From Magallana gigas (Eukaryota), in contig NC_088858.1 in assembly GCF_963853765.1 (NCBI RefSeq), positions 49,476,001 to 49,540,000 on the forward strand: DNA of 64,000 nucleotides, written 5' to 3'. The notes beneath the pieces are model-generated. The model made no database searches. It was not told the DNA's origin and worked only from the letters and a program-made list of their open reading frames with translations. Position numbers and translations under genes: made by a program. The number at the start of each line of letters is the position of its first letter. Position 1 is the first letter of the stretch. Below are positions 62,760-64,000 of the stretch, piece after piece.

Positions 62760-64000
62760 AACTAGATACGATCTCGTTACGAGTAACGAGTAGGTCTTCC
62801 TTGCGATTTCTGTTTTTAATCATACCATGAATAATCGATATAATTTTAGAATTACCCCCCCCCCCCCCACACACACACACACACACTTTCAGATAATGTA
62901 TACAAATCCCTAATTACGTAATAAATGGGTGTTGCAATGAGTTTTCCAGATAGATATTGCTACAATTAACAACTTTGCTTTTATAATGCATTACGAAATC
63001 TTAATCGTTTTTATGTAATTTGTAATATACTTTACGAGTTTCTTGCCCCCCCCCCCCCAAAAAAAAGGGGGCCAGCCCCTTTTTCTTGATTTCTTTGAAA
63101 AGGTCTTAAGAATACTAACAATTTTTGTTCTTACACCCATCTAAAATTGTTGATCATTTTTGAGATACAAATGTATGAATATTTTAGGGGCCAGCCCTCT
63201 AGATCCTTAATGGGGACAGGAATTCGTGTTTTGATAAGTGGAATCGATTTAAATCATAAATTTAAACATTTTCTCTTCTATCATGTCTAACAAAAAATGT
63301 CTACTTCTCTAGTTATATTGCGTCAAAGTTTAAGTACTTTGGCCCCTAAAAATCCCTAATTACGTAATAAATGGGCGTGGCAATAATTTTTTCTAATAGA
63401 TATTGGTACGATCAACAACTTTGCTTCTATATTGCATTACAAAATCTTTATCGTTTTTAAGTTATTTGTAATAGAGTTTAAGAGTGCCTTGGCCCTTTAA
63501 TAAAGGGGCCAGCCCCTTTTTATTGATTTTGTTGGAAAGAACTTTTGATTCTCTACCACTTTTGTTATATATGTCTAAACAAAATATCAACTGATAAAAA
63601 GATATAAATCAAAACGTGTGAAAATTTTGAATGAAAATTCGTGCCCAATTTTCGTGCCCAGGCGAGCTCCAAGAAATGGCGCAACAGGCATTAAACAACT
63701 ACATGCTGCACAACTTCAAACTATAGTCTACCTATCCTGAAAATTTCATATTCATATCTCTTATGGTTTCCGAGTTTATAGCTGCACAAAATGGGTCGTC
63801 AAAAATTACAAAATGGCCGACAATTCGGTACCGGAAGTGACTACGAAAAAATTAAGAAAAATGTATGAAGTTTAGATCACGTCCAACAATCTGTGAAAAA
63901 ATGAATGAGATCGGTCGAATAGATTTCGAGAAATCTCGTGCACAAAATTTGGAAAAAAAAAATAATAATAATAACTAGATACGACCTCGTTACGAGTAAC
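62760..64000 (+). mobile_element. Helentron/DINE-like element with internal duplication (3' partial)
   Basis: AACTAGATACGA(T/C)CTCGTTACGAGTAAC occurs at about 62760 and again at about 63973 after (AAT)n; internal repeat ATCCCTAATTACGTAATAAATGGG at about 62906 and 63352. Confidence 0.6.

Overview
AT-rich animal genomic DNA with spliceosomal introns and dense repeats. It is most likely a bivalve (oyster-like); this is an inference from gene and repeat content. There are two N gaps. Genes reconstructed by hand, with splice phases checked: (1) a giant secreted minus-strand protein (signal peptide, C-type lectin, VWA, FN3/Ig-like repeats; at least 1927 codons, running off the left edge); (2) a paralogous C-type lectin module upstream of it; (3) a complete 10-exon FIBP (362 aa, +); (4) a 110-aa secreted 8-Cys prepropeptide (+); (5) a 3-exon XK-related protein (590 aa, -). 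The right end holds an intact, very young Ty3/Gypsy LTR retrotransposon (54664-61947): 622-bp LTRs with no difference seen by eye, ATAT target-site duplication, tRNA-Leu primer site and a single gag-pol ORF. In the env position it carries an extra 205-aa ORF that is not env. This ORF has two zinc fingers, an acidic tract and two TQT motifs of the dynein light chain LC8-binding type, one matching the rabies P motif DKSTQT. It is the best candidate for an undescribed system. Also notable: a foldback-type element built from arrays of 18-bp palindromes, a 65-bp tandem repeat whose unit reads as a complete intron, and a nested insertion/inversion around the Gypsy.
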